Positions 27,591 through 37,955 of a stretch of DNA of 64,000 nt are shown in pieces. The translations under genes and the position numbers were made by a program. The stretch covers positions 3,441,565 to 3,505,564 of the forward strand of contig OW818694.1 of assembly GCA_942493205.1 (NCBI GenBank). Direction: 5' to 3'. Source of the DNA: an uncultured Alphaproteobacteria bacterium. Lineage in GTDB: Bacteria > Pseudomonadota > Alphaproteobacteria > Caulobacterales > Caulobacteraceae. Each line of letters opens with the position of its first letter. Positions within the stretch are counted from its first letter, which is position 1. The notes below the pieces were generated by a model. It had not been told where the DNA came from. It saw only the letters and a program-made list of their open reading frames with translations, and ran no database searches.

Positions 27591-27651
27591 CCTCCCGCGA
27601 GGCGTTGATATCGTCGCTTTCGACGGCGGCGATCAACGACCGCGCGGGAGG
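27591..27651 (+). promoter_or_regulatory. long imperfect hairpin whose 3' arm contains the aminotransferase Shine-Dalgarno sequence
   Basis: CCTCCCGCG (27591-27599) pairs with CGCGGGAGG (27643-27651). GCGTTGAT pairs with ATCAAC(A)GC, and TCGTCG pairs with CGACGG. The apical loop is CTTT. GGGAGG lies 7-12 nt before the ATG at 27657. Confidence 0.55.
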
Positions 27652-27656
27652 ATTCC

Positions 27657-28928
27657 ATGGCCGGCTCCAACAGCGTTGACCGGGACCTGCGCCGCCGCGC
27701 CGAGGCCGTGATCCCGGGCGGCATGTACGGCCACCAGTCGGTGGCCCTGCTGCCCGACGACTATCCCCAGTTCTTCGCCAGCGGCGACGGCGCCTGGATC
27801 ACCGACGTCGACGGCCGGCGCTATCTCGACTTCATGTGCGCCTACGGGCCCAGCCTGTTCGGCTACGCCCATCCCGAGATCGATGCGGCCTACGTCCGCC
27901 GGCTGGGCCAGGGCGATGCCCTGACCGGCCCCTCCGCCCTCATGGTCGAGTTGGCCGAGGCCATGACCGCCATGGTCAGCCACGCCGACTGGGCGATGTT
28001 CTGCAAGAACGGCACGGACGCCACGACGATGGCCATGATGGCCGCGCGCGCCCAGACCGGCCGCAAGACCATCGTCCTGGCCCGCGGCGCCTATCACGGC
28101 GCGGCGCCCTGGTGCACGCCCCGGCCCGGCGGCACGACGGCCGAGGACAAGGCCAACCAGGTCTTCTGCGTCTACAACGACATCGCCAGTCTGGAGGCCG
28201 CCGTGGCCAAGGCCGGCGACGATCTGGCGGCCATCTTCGCCGCCCCGTTCCGGCATGACGCCTTCGTCGACCAGGCCGCGCCCGACCCGGCCTACGCCCG
28301 CCGGGCCCGGGCGCTGGCCGACGAGCGCGGCGCCATGCTGGTGGTCGACGACGTCCGCGCCGGCCTGCGCGTCGTCCGCGACTGCAGCTGGGAAGCCATC
28401 GGCGTGCGGCCGGACCTGTCGACCTGGGGCAAGTGCATCGCCAACGGCCACCCGATCTCGGCCCTGCTCGGCAGCGACAGCGCCCGGGCCGGCGCGGCCT
28501 CGATCTATGTCACCGGCTCATTCTGGTACGCCGGCGCGGCCATGGCGGCGGCGCTGGAGACCCTGCGCCTGGTGCGGGAGAGCGACTACCTGGAACGCAT
28601 CCAGGGGCTGGGCGAGCGCCTGCGGGCCGGGCTGACCGAGCGGGCGGCCGTGGCGGGCTTCGGCTTCCGCCAGACAGGCCCGGCGACCATGCCGCTGTTC
28701 CTGTTCGACGATGATCCGGATCTGCGGAAAGGATTCTGCTGGTCCAGCGCCATGCTGGCCCGCGGTGTCTACGTCCACCCCTGGCACAACATGTTCCTCT
28801 GCGCGGCGATGAGCGACGCCGATATCGACTTCGCGCTCGACGCGGCCGAACAGTCGTTTCAAACTCTCAAGACGCAGGCGCACGACCTGCCGCCGGTGGA
28901 GAAGCTCGCCTTCCTCGCCGCGCGATAA
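27657..28928 (+). CDS. class III (GSA-aminomutase-like) PLP-dependent aminotransferase
   Basis: ..GGMYGHQS..DGRRYLDFMCAYGPSLFGYAHPEI..MLVVDDVRAG..PDLSTWGKCIANGHPISALLG, which includes the PLP lysine. Confidence 0.88.
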   Translation: MAGSNSVDRDLRRRAEAVIPGGMYGHQSVALLPDDYPQFFASGDGAWITDVDGRRYLDFMCAYGPSLFGYAHPEIDAAYVRRLGQGDALTGPSALMVELAEAMTAMVSHADWAMFCKNGTDATTMAMMAARAQTGRKTIVLARGAYHGAAPWCTPRPGGTTAEDKANQVFCVYNDIASLEAAVAKAGDDLAAIFAAPFRHDAFVDQAAPDPAYARRARALADERGAMLVVDDVRAGLRVVRDCSWEAIGVRPDLSTWGKCIANGHPISALLGSDSARAGAASIYVTGSFWYAGAAMAAALETLRLVRESDYLERIQGLGERLRAGLTERAAVAGFGFRQTGPATMPLFLFDDDPDLRKGFCWSSAMLARGVYVHPWHNMFLCAAMSDADIDFALDAAEQSFQTLKTQAHDLPPVEKLAFLAAR

Positions 28929-28947
28929 CGATACGGGAGGACGGCGG

Positions 28948-30375
28948 ATGGGGCTCGCGAACTACGCGGAATACGACGGGCTTGGCCTGGCCGAACTGGT
29001 CGGCAAGGGCGAGGTGACCCCCGCCGAACTGGTCGATGCGGCCATCGAGCGGATCGAGCGTCACAATCCGACGCTCAACGCGGTCGTCCACAAGGCTTAT
29101 GACGAGGCGCGCAAGACCGCCGCCGGCGGCCTGCCCGACGGGCCGTTCAAGGGCGTGCCGTTCCTGATCAAGGACCTGGGCGCCAAGGTCACCGGCTGGC
29201 CGCGCAGCTCCGGCTCCAACTACGCCCAGGTCGCCTCCGACGCCGAGGACAGCGAGCTGGTCCGCCGCTACCGCGCCGCCGGCGTCGTGCTGGTCGGCAA
29301 GTCCAACACCCCCGAGTTCGGCATTCCCGGCGTCACCCAGTCCGAGCGGCTGGGCCCCTGCGGCAACCCCTGGAACCCCGAGCACATCAGCGGCGGCTCC
29401 TCCGGCGGCGCGGCCAGCGCCACGGCCTCGGGCATGGTGCCGATGGCCCACGCCAGCGACGGCCTGGGCTCGATCCGCATCCCCGCCGCCAACTGCGGCC
29501 TCGTCGGGATGAAGGTCACCCGCGACCGCACCCCGATCTGCGAGGTCACCGACGGGGCGATGGGCTTTTCGGTCCACCACGTGGTCAGCCGCACGGTCCG
29601 CGACAGCGCCGCCATGCTGGACGCCACCGACGGTCCGCAGCCCGGCGATCCCTTCACCCATCCGACCAAGGCGCGGCCCTTCCTGGAGGAGGTGTCGCGC
29701 AGCCCGGGCAAGCTGAAGATCGCCTGGTCGGTCGAGACCCCCAGCGGCCGGCCGATGAGCGACGAGATGATCGCCGCCACCCATCGCACGGCAGAGACCC
29801 TCAAAGCGCTCGGCCACGACGTCTTCGAGATGGGCCTGGGCATCGACTACCGGCAGATGTACCGCGCCCAGGGCCTGGTCTCGGCCAGCAACTTCGCCGC
29901 CTCGATGATGCGCTGGGTTGCAGAGCTCGGCCGCGAGCCGGAGCCGGGCGAACTGGGTCCGCTGGCCCAGCGCGCCTACGACGCCGGCCGCCGCGTCTCC
30001 GGCCAGCAGGCGCTGTGGGGCTGGCAGCAGCTGCGGCTGTTCAACATCCAGATCCTGGAGCGCTTCCAGAACTTCGACGTCTACCTGACCCCGACCATGA
30101 GCCGCACCTCGCCGCGCATCGACGAGCTGGACCCGCTGGTCGGCGACCTGAAGGACTTCGACCGCAACCAGGCCTCGACCTACGGCACCACCCCGCCGTT
30201 CAACTTCACCGGCCAGCCGTCGCTGTCCCTGCCGCTCTGGCAGAGCGAGGCGGGCCTGCCGATGGGCATGATGTTCACCGGCCGCTTCGGCGACGAGGCG
30301 ACGCTCTACCGGCTGGCGGGCCAGCTGGAAAAGGAACTGCCCTGGGCCGGCCGCAAGCCGCCGGTGTGGAACTAG
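28948..30375 (+). CDS. amidase (amidase-signature family)
   Basis: ..GKSNTPEFG..NPWNPEHISGGSSGGAASATASGMVPMAHASDGLGSIRIPAANCGLVGMK. Confidence 0.92.
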   Translation: MGLANYAEYDGLGLAELVGKGEVTPAELVDAAIERIERHNPTLNAVVHKAYDEARKTAAGGLPDGPFKGVPFLIKDLGAKVTGWPRSSGSNYAQVASDAEDSELVRRYRAAGVVLVGKSNTPEFGIPGVTQSERLGPCGNPWNPEHISGGSSGGAASATASGMVPMAHASDGLGSIRIPAANCGLVGMKVTRDRTPICEVTDGAMGFSVHHVVSRTVRDSAAMLDATDGPQPGDPFTHPTKARPFLEEVSRSPGKLKIAWSVETPSGRPMSDEMIAATHRTAETLKALGHDVFEMGLGIDYRQMYRAQGLVSASNFAASMMRWVAELGREPEPGELGPLAQRAYDAGRRVSGQQALWGWQQLRLFNIQILERFQNFDVYLTPTMSRTSPRIDELDPLVGDLKDFDRNQASTYGTTPPFNFTGQPSLSLPLWQSEAGLPMGMMFTGRFGDEATLYRLAGQLEKELPWAGRKPPVWN

Positions 30376-30383
30376 CCATTGCT

Positions 30384-30475
30384 GTCATCCCGGACGGCCG
30401 CAGGCCGATCCGGGACCCAGCCTTCTGACTCAGCACCTGGGTCCCGGCTCACCGCTTCGCGGCGGCCGGGATGAC
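30384..30475. repeat. GTCATCCCGG-type REP-like inverted pair
   Basis: gtcatcccggacggccgcaggccgatccgggacccag and ctgggtcccggctcaccgcttcgcggcggccgggatgac are inverted copies. Confidence 0.8.
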
Positions 30476-30491
30476 AGTGAAAGGACACCCC

Positions 30492-31454
30492 ATGAAAGCC
30501 GCCGTCTATTACGAGAACGGAACCCCCGACGTCCTGAAGTACGAGGACGTGCCCGACCCCGTCTGCCATCCCAAGGGCGTCATCATCCGGGTGCTGGCCG
30601 TCAGCATCGAGGGCGGCGACACGCTGAACCGCTGGCGCGGGCCGCTGGCGACCGTGCCCCACATCGTCGGCTACCAGGCGTCCGGCGAGATCGTCGAGGT
30701 CGGGTCGGAGGTCACCCACCTGAAGGTCGGCCAGAAGGTCGCCACGGTCGACGGCCACGGCAGCCACGCCGAACTGCGGCCGGTGCCGGCGCGCAACTGC
30801 TGGCCGATCCCCGACAACCTCGACCCTCGCCTCGCCGCCGTCATTCCGGTCGCCTTCGGCACCGCGCACGACTGCCTGTTCGAGTTCGGCCGTCTGAAGG
30901 CCGGCGAGACGGTGCTGGTCCAGGCCGGCGCCTCGGGCGTGGGCCTGGCGGCCATCCAGCTGGCCAAGGCGGCCGGCGCCACGGTGCTGGCCACCGCCTC
31001 CAGCGACGAGCGGCTGGAGCGGCTCAAGGCCTACGGCCTCGACCACGGCATCAACTACAAGGCCGACGACGTCGCCCGGGCGGTGATGAAGATCACCGAC
31101 AAGAAGGGCGTCAACCTGGTCGTCGACAGCGTCGGCGGCGCCACCCTGGCCGGCTCGCTGGCCTCGCTCGCCTATCGCGGCCGCTGCTCGATGGTCGGCA
31201 ACGCCGGCCGCGAGCCGATGACGGTGGATGTCTCCAGCCTGATGGGCGGCAACCGCTCGCTGAGCGGCGTCTTCCTGGGCGCCGAGATCATGACCGACCG
31301 CGCCCACGACATGATCCAGGGTCTGATCGAGGATGCGGCGAAGGGGGTGTTCAAGGTCGTTATCGACCGCGAGTTCCCGCTGTCCGACGCGGCGGGCGCC
31401 CACGCCTACATCGAGAGCCGGCAGGCGGTCGGCCGGGTGTTGCTGATCCCCTAG
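30492..31454 (+). CDS. NADPH:quinone oxidoreductase / zinc-type alcohol dehydrogenase (MDR) family
   Basis: MKAAVYYENGTPDVLKYEDVPDP..VLVQAGASGVGLAAIQLAKAAGA. The track ORF starts at 30471, inside the repeat. The ATG at 30492, preceded by the SD sequence AAGGA, is preferred. Confidence 0.88.
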   Translation: MKAAVYYENGTPDVLKYEDVPDPVCHPKGVIIRVLAVSIEGGDTLNRWRGPLATVPHIVGYQASGEIVEVGSEVTHLKVGQKVATVDGHGSHAELRPVPARNCWPIPDNLDPRLAAVIPVAFGTAHDCLFEFGRLKAGETVLVQAGASGVGLAAIQLAKAAGATVLATASSDERLERLKAYGLDHGINYKADDVARAVMKITDKKGVNLVVDSVGGATLAGSLASLAYRGRCSMVGNAGREPMTVDVSSLMGGNRSLSGVFLGAEIMTDRAHDMIQGLIEDAAKGVFKVVIDREFPLSDAAGAHAYIESRQAVGRVLLIP

Positions 31455-31630
31455 TTGCCTTCCTCTTCCTCTTGGGAGAGGGGGATCGCCCGAAGGGTGT
31501 GGAGAGGGACGCGCTGGCTTCGAAGGTCTCGCCGAGGACCTGGCGACGCTGCGCCTTGCCGGCAGACCGCCGTGCTTCCCGCTCCACCATGCTCCGCACG
31601 GTCGTCCTCTCCCAATCGTGAGAAGATCAG
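31455..31630. repeat. GGAGAGGG/CCCTCTCC-type REP-like element (degenerate)
   Basis: cctcttcctcttgggagagggggatcgcccgaagggtgtggagaggg ... gtcgtcctctcccaatcgtgagaag. The element is related to those at 35624-35784 and 40051-40170. Coordinates are approximate. Confidence 0.5.
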
Positions 31631-31760
31631 GGTATAGACGCCCCCCATGACCTTCCCCGCCGCCCGCACCCTCCAGCAACAACGCCAGCTTCGGCCGGCG
31701 GCGATGGCGCGCGCGGGGAGGATCGGGGCCTAGCCTGAACCACCCTGACGACCACCGAAA

Positions 31761-31790
31761 ACCCGCCGGCGATCCCGGCGGGTTTTTCGT
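31761..31790. terminator. canonical Rho-independent terminator hairpin (bidirectional: A-run before, T-run after)
   Basis: gaaa-ACCCGCCGG-cgatc-CCGGCGGGT-ttttcgtt. A perfect 9-bp GC-rich stem with a 5-nt loop. Confidence 0.75.
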
Positions 31791-31822
31791 TCGGGCGCCG
31801 GCTCACGCCACAGGAGCCGACC

Positions 31823-32275
31823 ATGACTATCCATCCGATCTTCACCACCGACAGCGAACTGGCCGCCATCGCCGAGGGCGTCATCGCGCGGACGCTGCCC
31901 AAGCGCGACTGGACCCACGCCGCCCACTTCGCGGCCGCGGTCTGGATCGTGGCGCGGCGGCCGGACCTCGACGCCGAGCGGGACATGCCGGGGCTGATCC
32001 GGGCCTACAACGAAGCGACCGAGACGCCCAACACCGACACCGGCGGCTATCACGAGACCATCACCCAGGCCTCGATCGGCGCGGTGCGCGCGCATCTCGC
32101 GAGCCTGCCGCCGGAGACGCCGCCGTTCGCGGCGCTCAATGCGCTGCTGGCTGCCGCGTATGGCGACAAGCACTGGCTGCTCGCCTTCTGGACGCGCGAG
32201 CGGCTGTTCAGCGTCGAGGCGCGCCGGACCTGGGTCGAGCCCGATCTGGCGCCGCTTCCCTTCGCGCGGCGCTGA
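31823..32275 (+). CDS. conserved hypothetical protein (150 aa)
   Basis: Coding-like composition with the SD sequence AGGAG 6 nt upstream. I recognised no domain. Confidence 0.6.
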   Translation: MTIHPIFTTDSELAAIAEGVIARTLPKRDWTHAAHFAAAVWIVARRPDLDAERDMPGLIRAYNEATETPNTDTGGYHETITQASIGAVRAHLASLPPETPPFAALNALLAAAYGDKHWLLAFWTRERLFSVEARRTWVEPDLAPLPFARR

Positions 32276-32286
32276 GAGCGTCCTAT

Positions 32287-33384
<1,098 letters not shown>

Positions 33385-33539
33385 CGAACGGGGTTGGGTT
33401 TCAACAAAGCTCGTCATGGTGAGGAGCGAGCTCTTGGGCGAGCGTCGCGAACCACGCACGGTCCCCGCTGCACCTCCCGGGTAATCGATCCGCCGCCGCC
33501 CACGGCTCATCTTCGCGTCATCAGACACGGAGATCCGCC

Positions 33540-33935
33540 ATGACCCACCTCAACACCTTCCTGCGCCGCACGCTCGCCGTCGACGCCCTGACCTGCGTCG
33601 CCGCCGGCGCCCTGATGGCATTCGGCGCCGCGCCGCTCAGCCCCCTGACCGGACTGCCGCAGCCGCTGCTGCTCTGGGCGGGGATCGTGCTGTTCCCGGT
33701 GGCGGCGCTGATGGCGTTCCTGTCCCGCCGCGAGACGGCCCCGGCTCCGCTGGTCTGGCTGGTGGTGCTGGGCAACGCCGGCTGGGTGGCGGGCAGCCTG
33801 GCGGTGCTGGTCCTGACCGCGCCGACAGCGCTCGGAATCGCCTTCGTCGCCGCCCAGGCCGGCGCTGTTGCCGTGCTGACGGTGCTGGAATACCGCGGAC
33901 TCACCCGGGTAGCCCTCTCTATTCAGTCATCCTGA
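33540..33935 (+). CDS. hypothetical integral membrane protein (4 TM)
   Basis: The protein has hydrophobic segments (ALTCVAAGALMAF.., LLLWAGIVLFPVAALMAFL, LVWLVVLGNAGWVAGSLAVLVL, GIAFVAAQAGAVAVLTVL). The stop TGA lies within the gtcatccTGAgc of the next repeat. Confidence 0.6.
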   Translation: MTHLNTFLRRTLAVDALTCVAAGALMAFGAAPLSPLTGLPQPLLLWAGIVLFPVAALMAFLSRRETAPAPLVWLVVLGNAGWVAGSLAVLVLTAPTALGIAFVAAQAGAVAVLTVLEYRGLTRVALSIQSS

Positions 33936-33966
33936 GCAGGCGCGCAGCAGCGTGTCGAAGGACGCA
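33926..33966. repeat. GTCATCC-type single (F) module
   Basis: gtcatcctgagcaggcgcgcagcagcgtgtcgaaggacgca. Confidence 0.8.
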
Positions 33967-34043
33967 CGGCGACCGCCGCAGTAGAGCAGGTGGCCCGAAC
34001 ACTTCGGGCCACGACGGGAGCACAGAGGGTCGCGCCCTGGGGA

Positions 34044-35603
34044 CTACGCCGTGGCCTTCACATAGGCGTCGCGCAGTTCCCGCTTCAGCACCTTGCCGAT
34101 GTGGCTGCGGGGCAGAACGTCGATCAGGACGACGTCGGCCAGGCGCTGGGTCTTGCCGACCTGGCCGTTGACGAAGGCCTTGAGGTCCTCGGGCGTCGCG
34201 GCGGCGCCGTCCTTGAGCGCCACATAGGCCACCGGGGTCTCGCCCCAGGCGTCGGACGGGGCGGCGATGACGGCGGCCTCTGCGACGGCGTCATGCTGCA
34301 TCAGCACCGCCTCCAGGTCGCTGGGATAGACGTTGAAGCCGCCGCTGATGATCATGTCCTTGCGGCGATCCATCAGGGTCAGGAAGCCGTCCTCGTCCAG
34401 CCGGCCGACGTCGCCGGTGCGGATGTAGAGGTCGCCGGTCTTCGGGCAGACCCACTGCGCCTCCGACGTCTTGCCCGGCTGGTTGTGGTAGCCGCTCATC
34501 GTCGCGGGCGAGCGGCCGATGATCTCGCCGACCTCGCCCGGGCCGACCTCGTTGCCCTCTTCGTCGATCAGCTTGATGACCGCGCCGGGACTGGGCAGGC
34601 CGACGGTGTGCAGCTTGTCCGGGTAGAGGTGGGCCTGCAGCATGAACCCGCCGCCGCCCTCGGTCATGCCGTAGTACTCGGTCAGGCCGCCGGGCCAGCG
34701 CTCGATGGCCTGCTTCTTCAGCTCGGCCGGGAAGGGCGCGCTGGTGGCGAACTTCATCACGAAGCTCGACAGGTCGTACTTGTCGAAGTCCGGATGCTCG
34801 AGCAGGCGGCGGTACTGCACCGGCACCAGCATGGCGTGGGTGACGCGGTTGTCCTGCGCCGCCTGCAGCCACTTCAGCACGTCGAACTTGGGCAGCATGA
34901 CCATGGTGCCGCCGCCGGCCAGGGTCGGGAAGAAGCAGACGAGGGTGGTGTTCGAATAGAGCGGCGTGGAGATGAAGCCGACCGCGTCGGGGCCATAGCC
35001 GATGCCGTCGGCGCGCGGCGCCAGGTGGCGCCAGCGCATGCCGTGGCTCTGCACGATGCCCTTGGGCGTGCCGGTCGTGCCCGAGCTGTAGATGATGTTG
35101 AACGGGTCCTTACGCCCGATCTCGACCGGCTTGGGCTCGATGCCCTCTGCCGGCAGCCACTGCGCGAAGGGCAGGCCTGCGGCCGACCCGTCCAGCGCGA
35201 TCTGCCGGGTGACGACTTCGCCCAGCTTGTCGCCCATCTCGGCGGCGACGGCCTTGTCGAGGAAGAACAGGCTGGCGCCGCTGTCGTTGACCATGGCCAC
35301 GATCTGGTCGGGCGTCGACGACGGCGCGATCGGCGCGACGGCGGCGCCGGCCCGCAGGCCCCCCAGGAACAGGGCCGCATACTCGATCGACGTCGTGGCG
35401 CAGACCGACAGCGCCTGGGTCTGCTTGACCCCGTCGCGCTGCAGCCCCGCGGCGATGCGGTCCATCAGCGCGTCGAGCTCGGCGTAGCTCAGCGAACGAC
35501 CGTCCTGGACCAGCGCCGGATGCGTCGGCTTCTCCCGCGCGTACAGGCGAATGAGGTCGGGAACGGTCCCGAAGTCCTCGGCGATCATCTGGTCGAGGGT
35601 CAT
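34044..35603 (-). CDS. AMP-dependent acyl-CoA synthetase / long-chain fatty acid-CoA ligase
   Basis: ..IIYSSGTTGTPKGIV..TEYYGMTEGGG..YIRTGDVGRLDEDGFLTLMDRRKDMIISGGFNVYP. Confidence 0.93.
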   Translation of the reverse strand: MTLDQMIAEDFGTVPDLIRLYAREKPTHPALVQDGRSLSYAELDALMDRIAAGLQRDGVKQTQALSVCATTSIEYAALFLGGLRAGAAVAPIAPSSTPDQIVAMVNDSGASLFFLDKAVAAEMGDKLGEVVTRQIALDGSAAGLPFAQWLPAEGIEPKPVEIGRKDPFNIIYSSGTTGTPKGIVQSHGMRWRHLAPRADGIGYGPDAVGFISTPLYSNTTLVCFFPTLAGGGTMVMLPKFDVLKWLQAAQDNRVTHAMLVPVQYRRLLEHPDFDKYDLSSFVMKFATSAPFPAELKKQAIERWPGGLTEYYGMTEGGGGFMLQAHLYPDKLHTVGLPSPGAVIKLIDEEGNEVGPGEVGEIIGRSPATMSGYHNQPGKTSEAQWVCPKTGDLYIRTGDVGRLDEDGFLTLMDRRKDMIISGGFNVYPSDLEAVLMQHDAVAEAAVIAAPSDAWGETPVAYVALKDGAAATPEDLKAFVNGQVGKTQRLADVVLIDVLPRSHIGKVLKRELRDAYVKATA

Positions 35604-35623
35604 GCGCGGTCTCTCACCAAGTT

Positions 35624-35784
35624 TCCTTCTCCCCTTGCGGGAGAAGGTGTCGGCGAAGCCGACGGATGAGGGGGACCCCGGACCCGTCGGGTTCGCGTAG
35701 CGGTCGGGTCGGATGCGGACACGCTGTGCGCCCCCTCATCCGACCCGCTTCGCGGGCCACCCTCTCCCGCAAGGGGAGAAGGAG
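35624..35784. repeat. REP-like inverted pair (TCTCCCCTTGCGGGAGAAGG ... CTCTCCCGCAAGGGGAGAAGG type)
   Basis: ttccttctccccttgcgggagaaggtgtcggcgaagccgacggatgaggggg and ccccctcatccgacccgcttcgcgggccaccctctcccgcaaggggagaaggag are inverted copies. Confidence 0.8.
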
Positions 35785-35792
35785 TTTCCTGC

Positions 35793-37859
35793 CTACAGGT
35801 CCTTGAAGCCCTTGCCTTCGGCGGCGAGCTTCTCGAGCAGGGCGGACGGCTTGAAGAAGTCGCCGTGCTTGTCCTGGTACTCCTTCAGCCGGGCCACGAC
35901 ATGGGCCAGGCCCAGGCTGTCGCCGTAGTGCATAGGGCCGCCGCGGTAGACCGGCCAGCCGTAGCCGTTGATCCACACGGTATCGATGTCGCTGGCGCGG
36001 ATCGCCTTGCCCTCTTCGAGGATCTTCGCGCCTTCGTTGATCATCGGCAGGATGGTGCGCTCGAGGATCTCCTCGTCGCCGATCGGACGGGCGTTAGTGC
36101 CCGACTTGGCGGCGAAGTCCTTGATGATCTGCTCGGTGACCGGCGAGGGCTTGGCGTTGCGCTTCTCGTCGTAGTCGTAGTAGCCGGCGCCGGTCTTCTG
36201 GCCGCGGCGATCCATCTCGCAGAGCACGTCGCGGATCGTCTCGCCCTTGGACTTGTCCGCGCTCCAGCCGATGTCCAGGCCTGCCAGGTCGCTCATCGCG
36301 AACGGACCCATCGGGAAGCCGAAGTCGTAGAGCACGCGGTCGACGTCCCAGGGCATGGCGCCCTCGGCGACCAGCGCCTGGGCTTGCCGCTGGCGCGAGG
36401 ACAGCATGCGGTTGCCGACGAAGCCGGGGCAGACGCCGACCAGGACGCCGACCTTGCCGATGGTCTTGGCCAGCTTCATCGAGGTGGCGATCACCGGCTT
36501 GGACGTCTTGTCGCCGCGCACGATCTCCAGCAGGCGCATGACGTTGGCCGGCGAGAAGAAGTGCAGGCCGATCACGCTCTCGGGACGGCTGGTCGCCGAG
36601 GCGATCTCGTTGACGTCGAGATAGCTGGTGTTCGACGCCAGGATGGCGCCGGCCTTGGCGATCTTGTCGAGCTTGCCGAAGACATCCTTCTTGATGTCCA
36701 TGTTCTCGAACACGGCCTCGATGATCAGGTCGCAGTCGGCCAGGTCCTCGAGGTTCAGCGAGCCGGTCAGCAGGCCCATCCGCTTCTCGACGTCGTCCAT
36801 GGTCAAACGACCCTTGGCGGCGGTGTTCTCGTAGTTCTTGCGGATGACGCCGAGCCCGCGATCCAGGGCCTCCTGCTTCATCTCCACGATGGTCACCGCG
36901 ATGCCGGCGTTGAGGAAGTTCATCGAGATGCCGCCGCCCATGGTGCCGGCGCCGATCACGCCGACCTTCTTGACGGGCAGGATCTCGGTGTCGTCCGGCA
37001 CGTCGGGGATCTTGTTGGCGGCGCGTTCGGCGAAGAAGACGTAGCGCTGGGCGGCCGACTGCGGGCCGGTCATCAGCTCCATGAACAGGGTGCGCTCGAC
37101 CTTGAGGCCTTCCTCGAAGGGCAGGTTGGCGGCGGCCTCGATGCACTGGATGTTCGATTCGGGGGCCTTGAAGCCGCGGAACTTGCGGGCGTTGGCCTTG
37201 CGGAACTCGGCGAAGACTTCCGGCGAGGCGCCGGCCACGTCGCGGTCGCGGACCTTCTTCAGCGGCCAGTTCTCGGCGACCACCTTCTTCGCGAAGGCGA
37301 TGGCGCCGGCGCGGAGGTTGCCCTCCTCGACCATCTCGTCGACCAGGCCCATGGCGTTGGCGGCCTTGGCGGGGACGTGGCTGCCGCTGGTCATCATCTC
37401 CAGCGCCTTCTGGGCGCCGACGATGCGGGGCAGGCGCTGGGTGCCGCCGGCGCCGGGCAGCAGGCCCAGGTTCACTTCCGGCAGGCCGACCTTGGCCGAG
37501 GGAACCGCCACGCGGTAGTGGGCGGTCAGCGCCACTTCCAGGCCGCCGCCGAGCGCGGTGCCGTGGATCGCCGCCACGACGGCCTTGGGCGAGTTCTCCA
37601 TCATGTTCTGGACGTCGAACAGGCTGGCGCCCTTGGACGCGCCGCCGAACTCGCTGATGTCGGCGCCGGCGATGAAGGTGCGGCCGTCGCAGATCAGGAC
37701 GATCGACTTGACGCTGTCGTCGGCGATGGCGGCCTTGAAGCCTTCGTACAGGCCGTCGCGCACATTGGCCGACAGCGCGTTCACCGGCGGCGAGTTCAGG
37801 GTGATGACGGCGACGTCGCCCTCGTTGCTCAGATCGGTGACGGAATTGATTGCGGCCAT
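35793..37859 (-). CDS. bifunctional enoyl-CoA hydratase / 3-hydroxyacyl-CoA dehydrogenase (FadB/FadJ-like)
   Basis: MAAINSVTDLSNEGDVAVITLNSPPVNAL..FIAGADISEF..KKVGVIGAGTMGGGISMNF... This is the internal ATG at 37859 of the 1070-aa track ORF, whose upstream 380 aa are a shadow of the divergent gene. Confidence 0.93.
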   Translation of the reverse strand: MAAINSVTDLSNEGDVAVITLNSPPVNALSANVRDGLYEGFKAAIADDSVKSIVLICDGRTFIAGADISEFGGASKGASLFDVQNMMENSPKAVVAAIHGTALGGGLEVALTAHYRVAVPSAKVGLPEVNLGLLPGAGGTQRLPRIVGAQKALEMMTSGSHVPAKAANAMGLVDEMVEEGNLRAGAIAFAKKVVAENWPLKKVRDRDVAGASPEVFAEFRKANARKFRGFKAPESNIQCIEAAANLPFEEGLKVERTLFMELMTGPQSAAQRYVFFAERAANKIPDVPDDTEILPVKKVGVIGAGTMGGGISMNFLNAGIAVTIVEMKQEALDRGLGVIRKNYENTAAKGRLTMDDVEKRMGLLTGSLNLEDLADCDLIIEAVFENMDIKKDVFGKLDKIAKAGAILASNTSYLDVNEIASATSRPESVIGLHFFSPANVMRLLEIVRGDKTSKPVIATSMKLAKTIGKVGVLVGVCPGFVGNRMLSSRQRQAQALVAEGAMPWDVDRVLYDFGFPMGPFAMSDLAGLDIGWSADKSKGETIRDVLCEMDRRGQKTGAGYYDYDEKRNAKPSPVTEQIIKDFAAKSGTNARPIGDEEILERTILPMINEGAKILEEGKAIRASDIDTVWINGYGWPVYRGGPMHYGDSLGLAHVVARLKEYQDKHGDFFKPSALLEKLAAEGKGFKDL

Positions 37860-37955
37860 GGCGCGTCGCCCCTTATGTTCGTTGAAACACTTGTTTGAGC
37901 GCAAACTGCCGAGCCGGGCCGTCAGAGTCCAGTACGCAGCCATGGGAGAAGTACG

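Noticed and set aside
31647-31733. 28-codon ORF ([28 protein letters not shown]) upstream of the strong terminator
   Set aside because: It has no Shine-Dalgarno sequence, its composition is indistinguishable from random high-GC sequence, and it is too short to evaluate.
33990-35669. 559-aa plus-strand ORF
   Set aside because: It is antisense to the acyl-CoA synthetase, which carries AMP-binding motifs.
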